From the NCBI RefSeq assembly GCF_963921235.1, contig NC_086108.1, positions 43,092,001-43,156,000 on the forward strand: 64,000 bases of DNA, in the 5' to 3' direction. This stretch comes from Mobula hypostoma (taxonomy: Eukaryota). A program made the position numbers and the translations under genes. This document shows positions 48,501 through 60,880 of the stretch, one piece after another. Within the stretch, counting starts at the first letter, position 1. Every line of letters starts with the position of its first letter. The notes under the pieces were generated by a model. That model saw only the letters and a program-made list of their open reading frames with translations. It was not told the origin of the DNA and did not search any database.

Positions 48501-51500
48501 TAGTCTCCAGCCTTGCCTCGCCTCGCCTCTAGACTCCAGCCTCGCCTCGCCTCTCCTCAAGTCTCCAGCCTCGCCTTGCCTCAAGTCTCCAGCCTCGCCT
48601 CGCCTCTAGTCTCCAGCATCGCCTCGCCTCGCCTCAAGTCTCCAGCCTCGCTTCACCTCAACTCTCGTCTCCAGCCTCGCCTCACCTTTAGTCTCCAGTC
48701 TCCAGCCTGCAACCCCGCCTCAAGTCTCCAGCCTTGCCTCGCCTCTAGTCTCCAGCCTCGCCTCGCCTCCAGTCTCCAGCCTCGCCTTGCCTCAACTCTC
48801 CAGCCTCGCCTCGCATCAAGTCTCCAGCCTCGCCTCTAGTCTCCAGCCTCGCCTCGCCTCAAGTCTCCAGCCTCGCCTCAAGTCTCAAGTCTCCAGCCTG
48901 CAGCCCCGCCTCTACTCTCAAGTCTCCAGTATCCAGCCTGCAGCATCGCCTCTAGACTCCAGCCATGCCTCGCCTCTAGTCTCCAGCCTCGCCTCAAGTC
49001 TCCAGTCTCGCCTCGCCTCCAGCCTCGCCTCGCCTCGTCTCCAGCCTCGCCTCGCCTCAAGTCTCCAGCCTCGCCTCGCTTCTAGTCACCAGTCTCCAGC
49101 CTGCAGCCTCGCCTCTCATCTCCATGCTCCAGCCTACAGCCTCGCCTCTAGTCTCAAGTCTCCAGTCTCCAGCCTACAGCCCCGCCTCTAGTCTCCAGCC
49201 TTGCCTCGCCTCGCCTCTAGACTCCAGCCTCGCCTCGCCTCTCCTCAAGTCTCCAGCCTCGCCTCGCCTCAAGTCGCCAGCCTCGCCTCAAATCTCCAGC
49301 CTCGCCTAGCCTCTAGTCTCCAGCCTCGCCTTGCCTCGTCCCCAGCCTCGCCTCGCCTCAAGTCTCCAGCCTCTGCTCGCCTCGCCTCTAGTCTCCAGCC
49401 TCGCCTTACCTCCAGTCTCCAGCCTCTGCTCGCCTCGCCTCTAGTCTCCAGCCTCGCTTCGCCTCTAGTCTCCAGCCTGCAGCCTCACCTCAAGAATCCA
49501 GCCTGCAGCCCCACCTCTACTCTCAAGTCTCCAGTCTCCAGCCTGCAACCTTGCCTCTAGTCTCCAACCTCACCTCGTCTGAAGTCTCCAGCCTCGCCTC
49601 GCCTCAAGTCTCGAGCCTCGCCTCGCCTCAAGTCTCGAGCCTCGCCTCGCTTCTAGTCACCAGTCTCCAGCCTGCAGCCTCGCCTCTCATCTCCATGCTC
49701 CAGCCTACAGCCTCGCCTCTAGTCTCAAGTCTCCAGTCTCCAGCCTACAGCCCCGCCTCTAGTCTCCAGCCTTGCCTCGCCTCGCCTCTAGACTCCAGCC
49801 TCGCCTCGCCTCTCCTCAAGTCTCCAGCCTCGCCTTGCCTCAAGTCTCCAGCCTCGCCTCGCCTCTAGTCTCCAGCATCGCCTCGCCTCGCCTCAAGTCT
49901 CCAGCCTCGCTTCACCTCAACTCTCGTCTCCAGCCTCGCCTCACCTTTAGTCTCCAGTCTCCAGCCTGCAACCCCGCCTCAAGTCTCCAGCCTTGCCTCG
50001 CCTCTAGTCTCCAGCCTCGCCTCGCCTCCAGTCTCCAGCCTCGCCTTGCCTCAACTCTCCAGCCTCGCCTCGCATCAAGTCTCCAGCCTCGCCTCGCCTC
50101 TAGTCTCCAGCCTCGCCTCGCCTCAAGTCTCAAGTCTCCAGCCTGCAGCCCCGCCTCTACTCTCAAGTCTCCAGTATCCAGCCTGCAGCATCGCCTCTAG
50201 ACTCCAGCCATGCCTCGCCTCTAGTCTCCAGCCTCGCCTCAAGTCTCCAGCCTCGCCTCGCCTCGTCTCCAGCCTCGCCTCGCCTCAAGTCTCCAGCCTC
50301 GCCTCGCTTCTAGTCACCAGTCTCCAGCCTGCAGCCTCGCCTCTCATCTCCATGCTCCAGCCTACAGCCTCGCCTCTAGTCTCAAGTCTCCAGTCTCCAG
50401 CCTACAGCCCCGCCTCTAGTCTCCAGCCTTGCCTCGCCTCGCCTCTAGACTCCAGCCTCGCCTCGCCTCTCCTCAAGTCTCCAGCCTCGCCTTGCCTCAA
50501 GTCTCCAGCCTCGCCTCAAGTCTCAAGTCTCCAGCCTGCAGCCCCGCCTCTACTCTCAAGTCTCCAGTATCCAGCCTGCAGCATCGCCTCTAGACTCCAG
50601 CCATGCCTCGCCTCTAGTCTCCAGCCTCGCCTCAAGTCTCCAGTCTCGCCTCGCCTCGTCTCCAGCCTCGCCTCGCCTCGTCTCCAGCCTCGCCTCGCCT
50701 CAAGTCTCCAGCCTCGCCTCACTTCTAGTCACCAGTCTCCAGCCTGCAGCCTCGCCTCTCATCTCCATGCTCCAGCCTACAGCCTCGCCTCTAGTCTCAA
50801 GTCTCCAGTCTCCAGCCTACAGCCCCGCCTCTAGTCTCCAGCCTTGCCTCGCCTCGCCTCTAGACTCCAGCCTCGCCTCGCCTCTCCTCAAGTCTCCAGC
50901 CTCGCCTCGCCTCAAGTCGCCAGCCTCGCCTCAAATCTCCAGCCTCGCCTAGCCTCTAGTCTCCAGCCTCGCCTTGCCTCGTCCCCAGCCTCGCCTCGCC
51001 TCAAGTCTCCAGCCTCTGCTCGCCTCGCCTCTAGTCTCCAGCCTCGCCTTACCTCCAGTCTCCAGCCTCTGCTCGCCTCGCCTCTAGTCTCCAGCCTCGC
51101 TTCGCCTCTAGTCTCCAGCCTGCAGCCTCACCTCAAGAATCCAGCCTGCAGCCCCACCTCTACTCTCAAGTCTCCAGTCTCCAGCCTGCAACCTTGCCTC
51201 TAGTCTCCAACCTCACCTCGTCTGAAGTCTCCAGCCTCGCCTCGCCTCAAGTCTCGAGCCTCGCCTCACCTCAAGTCTCGAGCCTCGCCTCGCTTCTAGT
51301 CACCAGTCTCCAGCCTGCAGCCTCGCCTCTCATCTCCATGCTCCAGCCTACAGCCTCGCCTCTAGTCTCAAGTCTCCAGTCTCCAGCCTACAGCCCCGCC
51401 TCTAGTCTCCAGCCTTGCCTCGCCTCGCCTCTAGACTCCAGCCTCGCCTCGCCTCTCCTCAAGTCTCCAGCCTCGCCTTGCCTCAAGTCTCCAGCCTCGC

Positions 51501-54500
51501 CTCGCCTCTAGTCTCCAGCATCGCCTCGCCTCGCCTCAAGTCTCCAGCCTCGCTTCACCTCAACTCTCGTCTCCAGCCTCGCCTCACCTTTAGTCTCCAG
51601 TCTCCAGCCTGCAACCCCGCCTCAAGTCTCCAGCCTTGCCTCGCCTCTAGTCTCCAGCCTCGCCTCAAGTCTCCAGCCTCGCCTCTAGTCTCCAGCCTTG
51701 CCTCGCCTCTAGTCTCCAGCCTCGCCTCGCCTCCAGTCTCCAGCCTCGCCTTGCCTCAACTCTCCAGCCTCGCCTCGCATCAAGTCTCCAGCCTCGCCTC
51801 GCCTCTAGTCTCCAGCCTCGCCTCGCCTCAAGTCTCAAGTCTCCAGCCTGCAGCCCCGCCTCTACTCTCAAGTCTCCAGTATCCAGCCTGCAGCATCGCC
51901 TCTAGACTCCAGCCATGCCTCGCCTCTAGTCTCCAGCCTCGCCTCAAGTCTCCAGCCTCGCCTCGCCTCGTCTCCAGCCTCGCCTCGCCTCAAGTCTCCA
52001 GCCTCGCCTCGCTTCTAGTCACCAGTCTCCAGCCTGCAGCCTCGCCTCTCATCTCCATGCTCCAGCCTACAGCCTCGCCTCTAGTCTCAAGTCTCCAGTC
52101 TCCAGCCTACAGCCCCGCCTCTAGTCTCCAGCCTTGCCTCGCCTCGCCTCTAGACTCCAGCCTCGCCTCGCCTCTCCTCAAGTCTCCAGCCTCGCCTTGC
52201 CTCAAGTCTCCAGCCTCGCCTCGCCTCTAGTCTCCAGCATCGCCTCGCCTCAAGTCTCCAGCCTCGCTTCACCTCAACTCTCGTCTCCAGCCTCGCCTCA
52301 CCTTTAGTCTCCAGTCTCCAGCCTGCAACCCCGCCTCAAGTCTCCAGCCTTGCCTCGCCTCTAGTCTCCAGCCTCGCCTCGCCTCCAGTCTCCAGCCTCG
52401 CCTGTAGTCTCCAGCCTCACCTCGCCTCACCTCAACTCTCCAGCATCGCCTCGCCTCAAGTCTCCAGCCTCGCCTCGCCTCTAGTCTCCAGCCTCGCCTC
52501 AAGTCTCCAGCCTCATCTCGCCTCAAGTCTCCAGCCTCGCCTCAAGTCTGCAGCCTCGCCTCAAGTCTCCAGTCTCCAGCCCCGCCTCTAGTCTCCAGTC
52601 TCCAGCCTGCAGCCCCGCCTCTAGTCTCCAGCCTCCAGCCTGCAGCCCCGCCTCTAGTCTCCAGTCTCCAGCCTGCAGCCCCGCCTCTAGTCTCCAGTCT
52701 CCAGCCTGCAGCCCCGCCTCTAGTCTCCAGCCTGCAGCCCCGCCTCTAGTCTCCAGCCTCGCCTCGCCTCGTCTCCAGCCTCGCATCAAATCTCCAGCCT
52801 CGCCTCGCCTCAAGTCTTCAGCCTCGCCTCTAATCTCCAGGCTCGCCTTGCCTTTAGTCTCGAGTCTCCAGCCTCGCCTCAAGTCTCAAGTCTCCAGCCT
52901 GCAGCCCTGCCTCTAGTCTCCAGCCACGCCTCGCCTCTAGTCTCCAGCCTCGTCTCGCCTCGTCTCCAGCCTCGCCTCAAGTCTCCAGCCTCGCCTCGCC
53001 TCTAGTCTCCAGCCTCGGCTCGCCTCAAGACTCCAGCCTTGCCTCGCCTCAAGTCTCCAGACTCGCCTCGCCTCAAGTCTCCAGCCTCGCCTCGCCTCGC
53101 TTCTAGTCACCAGTCTCCAGCCTGCAGCGTTGCCTCTAGTCTCCAGTCTCCAGCCTGCAGCCAGGCCTCCAGTCTCAAGTCTCCAGCCTGCAGCCTCGCC
53201 TCTAGTCTCCAGCCTCGCCTCGCCTCAAGTCGCCAGCCTCGCCTCAAATCTCCAGCCTCGCCTAGCCTCTAGTCTCCAGCCTCGCCTTGCCTCGTCCCCA
53301 GCCTCGCCTCGCCTCAAGTCTCCAGCCTCTGCTCGCCTCGCCTCTAGTCTCCAGCCTCGCCTTACCTCCAGTCTCCAGCCTCGCCTCAAGTCTCCAGCCT
53401 CGCCTCGCCTCTAGTCTCCAGCCTCGCCTCAAGTCTCAAGTCTCCAGCCTGCAGCCCTGCCTCTAGTCTCCAGCCACGCCTCGCCTCGCCTCTAGTCTCC
53501 AGCCTCGTCTCGCCTCGTCTCCAGCCTCGCCTCAAGTCTCCAGCCTCGCCTCGCCTCTAGTCTCCAGCCTCGGCTCGCCTCAAGACTCCAGCCTTGCCTC
53601 GCCTCAAGTCTCCAGACTCGCCTCGCCTCAAGTCTCCAGCCTCGCCTCGCCTCGTATCCAGCCTCGCCTCGCTTCTAGTCACCAGTCTCCAGCCTGCAGC
53701 GTTGCCTCTAGTCTCCATTCTCCAGCCTGCAGCCAGGCCTCCAGTCTCAAGTCTCCAGCCTGCAGCCTCGCCTCTAGTCTCCAGCCTCGCCTCGCCTCAA
53801 GTCGCCAGCCTCGCCTCAAATCTCCAGCCTCGCCTAGCCTCTAGTCTCCAGCCTCGCCTTGCCTCGTCCCCAGCCTCGCCTCAAGTCTCCAGCCTCTGCT
53901 CGCCTCGCCTCTAGTCTCCAGCCTCGCCTTACCTCCAGTCTCCAGCCTGCAGCCTCGCCTCAAGTCTCCAGCCTCTGCTCGCCTCGCCTCTAGTCTCCAG
54001 CCTCGCCTCGCCTCTAGTCTCCAGCCTGCAGCCTCACCTCAAGAATCCAGCCTGCAGCCCCGCCTCTACTCTCAAGTCTCCAGTCTCCAGCCTGCAACCT
54101 TGCCTCTAGTCTCCAGCCTCACCTCGTCTCGCCTCTAGTCTCCAGCCTCGCCTCGCCACAAGTCTCGAGCCTCGCCTCAAGTCTCCAGCCTCGCCTCGCC
54201 TCTAGTCTCCAGCCTCGGCTCGCCTCAAGACTCCAGCCTTGCCTCGCCTCAAGTCTCCAGACTCGCCTCGCCTCAAGTCTCCAGCCTCGTCTCGCCTCGT
54301 CTCCAGCCTCGCCTCAAGTCTCCAGCCTCGCCTCGCCTCTAGTCTCCAGCCTCGGCTCGCCTCAAGACTCCAGCCTTGCCTCGCCTCAAGTCTCCAGACT
54401 CGCCTCGCCTCAAGTCTCCAGCCTCGCCTCGCCTCGTATCCAGCCTCGCCTCGCTTCTAGTCACCAGTCTCCAGCCTGCAGCGTTGCCTCTAGTCTCCAG

Positions 54501-57500
54501 TCTCCAGCCTGCAGCCAGGCCTCCAGTCTCAAGTCTCCAGCCTGCAGCCTCGCCTCTAGTCTCCAGCCTCGCCTCGCCTCAAGTCGCCAGCCTCGCCTCA
54601 AATCTCCAGCCTCGCCTAGCCTCTAGTCTCCAGCCTCGCCTTGCCTCGTCCCCAGCCTCGCCTCGCCTCAAGTCTCCAGCCTCTGCTCGCCTCGCCTCTA
54701 GTCTCCAGCCTCGCCTTACCTCCAGTCTCCAGCCTCGCCTCAAGTCTCCAGCCTCGCCTCGCCTCGCCTCTAGTCTCCAGCCTCGCCTCAAGTCTCAAGT
54801 CTCCAGCCTGCAGCCCTGCCTCTAGTCTCCAGCCACGCCTCGCCTCGCCTCTAGTCTCCAGCCTCGTCTCGCCTCGTCTCCAGCCTCGCCTCAAGTCTCC
54901 AGCCTCGCCTCGCCTCTAGTCTCCAGCCTCGGCTCGCCTCAAGACTCCAGCCTTGCCTCGCCTCAAGTCTCCAGACTCGCCTCGCCTCAAGTCTCCAGCC
55001 TCGCCTCGCCTCGTATCCAGCCTCGCCTCGCTTCTAGTCACCAGTCTCCAGCCTGCAGCGTTGCCTCTAGTCTCCATTCTCCAGCCTGCAGCCAGGCCTC
55101 CAGTCTCAAGTCTCCAGCCTGCAGCCTCGCCTCTAGTCTCCAGCCTCGCCTCGCCTCAAGTCGCCAGCCTCGCCTCAAATCTCCAGCCTCGCCTAGCCTC
55201 TAGTCTCCAGCCTCGCCTTGCCTCGTCCCCAGCCTCGCCTCGCCTCGCCTCAAGTCTCCAGCCTCTGCTCGCCTCGCCTCTAGTCTCCAGCCTCGCCTTA
55301 CCTCCAGTCTCCAGCCTGCAGCCTCGCCTCAAGTCTCCAGCCTCTGCTCGCCTCGCCTCTAGTCTCCAGCCTCGCCTCGCCTCTAGTCTCCAGCCTGCAG
55401 CCTCACCTCAAGAATCCAGCCTGCAGCCCCACCTCTACTCTCAAGTCTCCAGTCTCCAGCCTGCAACCTTGCCTCTAGTCTCCAGCCTCACCTCGTCTCG
55501 CCTCTAGTCTCCAGCCTCGCCTCGCCACAAGTCTCGAGCCTCGCCTCGCCTCAAGTCTCGAGCCTCGCCTCGCTTCTAGTCACCAGTCTCCAGTCTCCAG
55601 CCTCGCCTCAAGTCTCCAGCCTCGCCTCAAGTCTCCAGCCTCACCTCAAGTCTGCAGCCTCGCCTCAAGTCTCCAGCCTGCAGCCCCGCCTCTAGTCTCC
55701 AGTCTCCAGCCTGCAGCCCCGCCTCTCGTCTCCAGCCTCGCCTCGCCTCTAGTCTCCAACCTCGCCTCGCCTCGTCTCCAGCCTCGCCTCAAATCTCCAG
55801 CCTCGCCTCGCCTCTAGTCTCCAGGCTCGCCTTGCCTTTAGTCTCCAGTCTCCAGCCTCGCCTCAAGTCTCAAGTCTCCAGCCTGCAGCCCTGCCTCTAG
55901 TCTCCAGCCACGCCTCGCCTCGCCTCTAGTCTCCAGCCTCACCTCGCCTCGTCTCCAGCCTCGCCTCAAGTCTCCAGCCTCGCCTCGCCTCTAGTCTCCA
56001 GCCTCGGCTCGCCTCAAGACTCCAGCCTTGCCTCGCCTCAAGTCTCCAGCCTCGCCTCAAGTCTCCAGCCTCGCCTCGCCTCGTATCCAGCCTCGCCTCG
56101 CTTCTAGTCACCAGTCTCCAGCCTGCAGCGTTGCCTCTAGTCTCCAGTCTCCAGCCTGCAGCCAGGCCTCCAGTCTCAAGTCTCCAGCCTGCAGCCTCGC
56201 CTCTAGTCTCCAGCCTCGCCTTGCCTCGCCTCAAGTCGCCAGCCTCGCCTCGCCTCAAATCTCCAGCCTCGCCTAGCCTCTAGTCTCCAGCCTCACCTTG
56301 CCTCGTCCCCAGCCTCGCCTCGCCTCGCCTCAAGTCTCCAGCCTCTGCTCGCCTCGCCTCTAGTCTCCAGCCTCGCCTTACCTCCAGTCTCCAGCCTGCA
56401 GCCTCGCCTCAAGTCTCCAGCCTCTGCTCGCCTCGCCTCTAGTCTCCAGCCTCGCCTCGCCTCTAGTCTCCAGCCTGCAGCCTCACCTCAAGAATCCAGC
56501 CTGCAGCCCCGCCTCTACTCTCAAGTCTCCAGTCTCCAGCCTGCAACCTTGGCTCTAGTCTCCAGCCTCACCTCGTCTCTCCTCAAGTCTCCAGCCTCGC
56601 CTTGCCTCTAGTCTCCAGCCTCGCCTCGCCTCAAGTCTCCAGCCTTGCCTCGCCTCAAGTCTCCAGCCTCGCCTCTAGTTTCCAGCCTCACCTCGCCTCA
56701 CCTCAAGTCTCCAGCCTCGCCTCTAGTCTCCAGCCTCGACTCTAGTCTCCAGCCTCACCTCGCCTCAAGTCTCCAGCCTCGCCTCGCCTCAAGTCTCCAG
56801 CCTCACCTCGCCTCTAGTCTCCAGCCTCGCCTCGCCTCTGGTCTCCAGCCTTGCCTCGCCTCTAGTCTCCAGCCTCGCCTCTAGTCTCCAGCCTCACCTC
56901 GCCTCACCTCAACTCTCCAGCATCGCGTCGCCTCAAGTCTCCAGCCTCGCCTAGCCTCTAGTCTCCAGCCTCATCTTGCCTCGTCCCCAGCCTCGCCTCG
57001 CCTCAAGTCTCCAGCCTCTGCTCGCCTCGCCTCTAGTCTCCAGCCTCGCCTTACCTCCAGTCTCCAGCCTCGCCTCAAGTCTCCAGCCTCTGCTCGCCTC
57101 GCCTCTAGTCTCCAGCCTCGCCTCGCCTCTAGTCTCCAGCCTGCAGCCTCACCTCAAGAATCCAGCCTGCAGCCCCGCCTCTACTCTCAAGTCTCCAGTC
57201 TCCAGCCTGCAACCTTGGCTCTAGTCTCCAGCCACGCCTCGCCTCGCCTCTAGTCTCCAGCCTCGCCTCGCCTCGTCTCCAGCCTCGCCTCAAGTCTCCA
57301 GCCTCGCCTCGCCTCTAGTCTCCAGCCTCGGCTCGCCTCAAGACTCCAGCCTTGCCTCGCCTCAAGTCTCCAGCCTCGCCTCAAGTCTCCAGCCTCGCCT
57401 CGCCTCGTATCCAGCCTCGCCTCGCTTCTAGTCACCAGTCTCCAGCCTGCAGCATTGCCTCTAGTCTCCAGTCTCCAGCCTGCAGCCAGGCCTCCAGTCT

Positions 57501-57950
57501 CAAGTCTCCAGCCTGCAGCCTCGCCTCTAGTCTCCAGCCTCGCCTCGCCTCAAGTCGCCAGCCTCGCCTCGCCTCAAATCTCCAGCCTCGCCTAGCCTCT
57601 AGTCTCCAGCCTCGCCTTGCCTCGTCCCCAGCCTCGCCTCGCCTCGCCTCAAGTCTCCAGCCTCTGCTCGCCTCGCCTCTAGTCTCCAGCCTCGCCTTAC
57701 CTCCAGTCTCCAGCCTGCAGCCTCGCCTCAAGTCTCCAGCCTCTGCTCGCCTCGCCTCTAGTCTCCAGCCTCGCCTCGCCTCTAGTCTCCAGCCTGCAGC
57801 CTCACCTCAAGAATCCAGCCTGCAGCCCCGCCTCTACTCTCAAGTCTCCAGTCTCCAGCCTGCAACCTTGGCTCTAGTCTCCAGCCTCACCTCGTCTAGC
57901 CTCTAGTCTCCAGCCTCGCCTCGCCACAAGTCTCCAACCTCGCCTCGTCT
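33600..57950 (+). repeat. Satellite domain II (variant family 2) with kb-scale higher-order duplications
   Basis: Diagnostic variants CTCATCTCCATGCTCCAGCCTACAG (from ~34874), GCTTCACCTCAACTCTCG (from ~35115), CTCTGCTCG and GTCCCCAGC (from ~36130), CAAGAATCCAG (from ~44748). Near-identical ORF-track peptides recur at offsets of 1259, 1643, ~2900 and ~5200-5300 bp. Boundaries approximate. Confidence 0.8.
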
Positions 57951-60880
57951 GAAGTCTCGAGCCTCGCCTCGCCTCAAGTCTCCAGCCTCGCCTCGCCTCA
58001 TCTTCAGCCTCGCCTCGCTTCTATTCACCAGTCTCCAGCCTGCAGCGTCGCCTCCAGTCTCCAGTCTCCAGCCTGCAGCCTCGCCTCTAGTCTGCAGCAT
58101 CGCCTCGCCTCAAGTCTCCAGCCTCGCCTCGCCTCAAGTCTCCAGCCTCACCTCAAGTCTCCAGCCTCGCCTCGCCTCTAGTCTCCACCCTGCAGCCTCG
58201 TCTCGCCTTTCGTCTCCAGCCTCGCCTCACCTCAAGTCTCCAGCCTCACCTCGCCTCGTCTCCAGCCTCGCCTCGCTTCTATTCACCAGTCTCCAGCCTG
58301 CAGCCTCGCCTCTAGTCTGCAGCATCGCCTCGCCTCGCCTCAAGTCTCCAGCCTCGCCTCGCCTCTAGTCTCCAGTCTCCAGCCTCGCCTCGCCTTTCGT
58401 CTCCAGCCTCGCCTCGCCTCTAGTCTCCAGCCTCACCTCACCTCAAGTCTCCAGCCTCGCCTCGCCTCGCCTCGCCTCAAGTCTCCAGCCTCGCCTCGCC
58501 TCTAGTCTACAGCCTGCAGCCTCGCCTTTAGTCTCCAGCCTCGCCTCGCCTTTCGTCTCCAGCCTCGCCTCACCTCAAGTCTCCAGCCTCGCCTCGCCTT
58601 TAGTCTCCAGTCTCCAGCCTCGCCTCGCCTCTAGTCTCCAGTCTCCAGCCTCGCCTCAAGTCTCAAGCCTCGCCTCGCCTCGTCTCCAGCCTCGCCTCGC
58701 CTCAAGTCTCCAGCCTCACCTCAAGTCTCCAGCCTCGCCTCGCCTCTAGTCTGCAGCCTGCAGCCTCGCCTCGCCTTTCGTCTCCAGCCTCGCCTCACCT
58801 CAAGTCTCCAGCCTCACCTCGCCTCGTCTCCAGCCTCGCCTCGCTTCTATTCACCAGTCTCCAGCCTGCAGCGTCACCTCCAGTCTCCAGCCTGCAGCCT
58901 TGCCTCCAGTCTGCAGCATCGCCTCGCCTCAAGTCTCCAGCCTCGCCTCGCCTTTAGTCTCCAGCCTCCAGCCTCGCCTCGCCTCTAGTCTCCAGTCTCC
59001 AGCCTCGCCTCAAGTCTCAAGCCTCGCCTCTCCTCGTCTCCAGCCTCCTCGCCTCGCCTCAAGTCTCCAGCCTCACCTCAAGTCTCCAGCCTCACCTCAC
59101 CTTGTCTCCAGCCTCGCCTCGCCTCAGCCTCGCCTCGCCTCGCTTCTAGTCACCAGTATCCAGCCTGCAGCCTCGCCTCTCGTCTCCATGCTCCAGCCTA
59201 CAGCCTCGCCTCTAGTCTCAAGTCTCCAGTCTCCAGCCTACAGCCCCGCCTCTAGTCTCCAGCCTTGCCTCGCCTCGCTTCTAGTCGCCAGCCTCGCCTC
59301 TAGTCTCCAGCCTCACCTCGCCTCTCCTCAAGTCTCCAGCCTCGCCTTGCCTCAAGTCTCCAGCCTCGCCTCGCCTCAAGTCTCCAGCCTCGCCTCACCT
59401 CGCCTCTAGTCTCCAGCCTCGCTTCACCTCAACTCTCGTCTCCAGCCTCGCCTCACCTTTAGTCTCCAGTCTCCAGCCTGCAGCCCCGCCTCCAGTCTCC
59501 AGCCTTGCCTCGCCTCTAGTCTCCAACCTCGCCTCAAGTCTCCAGCCTCGCCTCTAGTCTCCAGCCTCACCTCGCCTCTAGTCTCCAGCCTCACCTCGCC
59601 TCACCTCAAGTCTCCAGCCTCGCCTCAAGTCTCCAGCCTCGCCTCAAGTCTCCAGCCTCGCCTCGCCTCAAGTCTCCAGCCTCGCCTCGCCTCTAGTCTC
59701 CAGCCTTGCCTCGCCTCTAGTCTCCAGTCTCCAGCCTGCAGCACCGCCTCTAGTCTCGTCTCCAGCTTGCAGCCCCGCCTCTAGTCTCAAGTCTCCAGCC
59801 TGCAGCCTCGCCTCTAGGCTCCAGTCTCCAGTCTCCAGCCTGCAGCCTCCCCTCTAGTCTCCAGTCTCCAGCCTGCAGCCTCGCCTCTAGTCTCCAGCCT
59901 GCAGCCTCGCCTCTAGTCTCAAGTCTCCAGCCTGCAGCCCCGCCTCTAGTCTCGTCTCCAGCCTGCAGCCCCGCCTCTAGTCTCAAGTCTCCATTCTCCA
60001 GCCTGCAGCCTCGCCTCTAGTCTCCAGTCTCCAGCCTGCAGCCCTGCCTCTAGTCTCAAGTCTCCAGCCTGCAGCCTCACCTCTAGTCTCGTCTCAAGTC
60101 TCCAGCCTGCAGCCTCGCCTCTAGTCTCGTCTCCAGCCTGCAGCCCCACCTCTAGTCTCAAGTCTCCAGCCTGCAGCCCCGCCTCTAGTCTCAAGTCTCC
60201 AGCCTGCAGCCTCACCTCTAGTCTCGTCTCAAGTCTCCAGCCTGCAGCCTCGCCTCTAGTCTCGTCTCCAGCCTGCAGCCCCACCTCTAGTCTCAAGTCT
60301 CCAGCCTGCAGCCTCGGCTCTAGTCTCCAGCCTCGCCTCGCCTCAAGTCTCCAGCCTCGCCTCGCCTCTAGTCTCCAGCCTCGCCTCGCCTCAAGTCTCC
60401 AGCCTGCAGCCTCACCTGTAGTCTTCAGCCTCGCCTCGCCTCAAGTCTCCAGCCTGCAGCCTCGCCTCTAGTCTCCAGCCTCGCCTCGCCTCAAGTCTCC
60501 AGCCTGCAGCCTCACCTCTAGACTCCAGCCCCGCCTCGCCTCAAGTCTCCAGCCTCGCTTCGCCTCAGGTCTCCAGCCTCGCTTCGCCTCTAGTCTCCAG
60601 CCTTGCCTCGCCTCTAGTCTCAAGTCTCCATTCTCCAGCCTGCAGCCTCGCCTCTAGTCTCGTCTCCAGTCTCCAGCCTGCAGCCTCGCCTCTAGTCTCA
60701 AGTCTCCAGTCTCCAGCCTGCAGCCTCGCCTCTAGTCTCAAGTCTCCAGTTTCAAGCCGGCAGCCTCGCCTCTAGTCTCCAGTCTCCAGCCTGCAGCCTC
60801 GCCTCACCTCAAGTCTCCAGCGTCGCCTCGCCTCAAGTCTCCAGCCTGCAGCCTCGCCTCTAGTCTCGTCTCCAGTCTCC

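Noticed and set aside
4..60296. Numerous ORFs up to 325 aa (Ser/Pro/Leu/Ala-rich on +, Arg/Gly/Glu-rich on -), e.g. 199-1011, 33653-34474, 44148-45125
   Set aside because: They are translations of the repeat in all frames and mostly start at TTG/GTG. The 5- and 7-nt word indels constantly shift frame, so there is no sign of frame conservation.
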